This document shows, in pieces, positions 63,818-64,000 of a DNA stretch of 64,000 nucleotides (position 1 is its first letter; each line of letters opens with the position of its first letter). This stretch comes from an uncultured Clostridia bacterium (GTDB lineage Bacteria > Bacillota > Clostridia > Christensenellales > Borkfalkiaceae): NCBI GenBank assembly GCA_944343275.1, contig CALVMH010000003.1, positions 31,632 to 95,631 on the forward strand, read 5' to 3'. The notes beneath the pieces are model-generated. The model was not told the origin of the DNA. It made no database searches and worked only from the letters and a program-made list of their open reading frames with translations. The translations under genes were made by a program, and so were the position numbers.

Positions 63818-64000
63818 TCACCTCGTATAAACAAGGGCGTACCACTCGCCCGTGACCCTTTCCTGCCGCAGCGAAAGCCCCTGCGCCTCAAACGCCTCTT
63901 TGACGAGGGAGAGCCTGTCCGCGATGATGCCGCTCAAAATGAGCGTGCCGCCCTCTTTGAGGTTCTTGGGGATGGAGGGCGCAAGGCGCACCAGCACCTC
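63818..64000 (-). CDS. prmA: ribosomal protein L11 methyltransferase, C-terminal 60 codons (gene continues beyond right edge)
   Basis: Reverse translation from 64000 reads EVLVRLAPSIPKNLKEGGTLILSGIIADRLSLVKEAFEAQGLSLRQERVTGEWYALVYTR, then TGA at 63818-63820. This is a typical PrmA C-terminus in the typical position upstream of rsmE. Confidence 0.7.
   Translation of the reverse strand, partial: EVLVRLAPSIPKNLKEGGTLILSGIIADRLSLVKEAFEAQGLSLRQERVTGEWYALVYTR

Noticed and set aside
1-64000. A search for CRISPR arrays, IS elements, integrases, prophage genes, toxin-antitoxin pairs and known defence-system genes.
   Set aside because: I found no direct-repeat/spacer arrays. No transposase, integrase, recombinase, nuclease-helicase or defence-type ATPase signatures appear in any credible ORF. 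The giant surface-protein genes are not flanked by recognisable mobility genes or by the tRNA.

Overview
GC-rich chromosomal segment from a spore-forming Firmicutes/Clostridia-type anaerobe, inferred from spoIIE, a gerA-type operon, a spoIVFA/FB-like pair, veg and pfl. I support about 44 CDS, most on the minus strand. Left to right: (1) a small carbohydrate-utilisation locus (esterase, SGNH hydrolase, GPH symporter, GH3 beta-glucosidase, divergent AraC regulator). (2) A solitary tRNA-Leu(UAA) with its own consensus promoter. (3) GtrA, an EF-G paralogue, RNase G, the spoIVFA/FB-like pair, a cysteine desulfurase with tcdA, and a tricistronic gerA-type germinant receptor operon. (4) A ~615-nt promoter-to-terminator unit with no credible ORF, a candidate large structured ncRNA that I could not assign to any RNA class. 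(5) A ~19.7-kb, nine-gene minus-strand operon joining a 2475-aa S8 subtilase/BspA-LRR envelope protein, two Flg_new/LRR lipoproteins and an Opp-type ABC importer whose parts all carry unusual extensions or insertions. (6) spoIIE, an APH-like kinase, ispE, a DUF3794/LysM protein and veg. (7) A monocistronic 2064-aa lipoprotein with three H..CxxCG-headed modules. (8) A pyruvate formate-lyase locus headed by a ZTP (pfl-motif) riboswitch. Here pflB is cleanly split into a 679-aa catalytic gene and a separate 78-aa glycyl-radical (GrcA-like) gene, separated by a structured 277-nt spacer. (9) rsmE-mtaB-HIT and the 3' end of prmA. I saw no transposase, integrase, CRISPR array or recognisable defence genes. 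All coordinates and family calls were derived by eye from the sequence and the ORF track, and no searches were run. The ORF track prints GTG/TTG starts as M, so several starts were re-set using RBS position, ATGA-type coupling or RNA structure.
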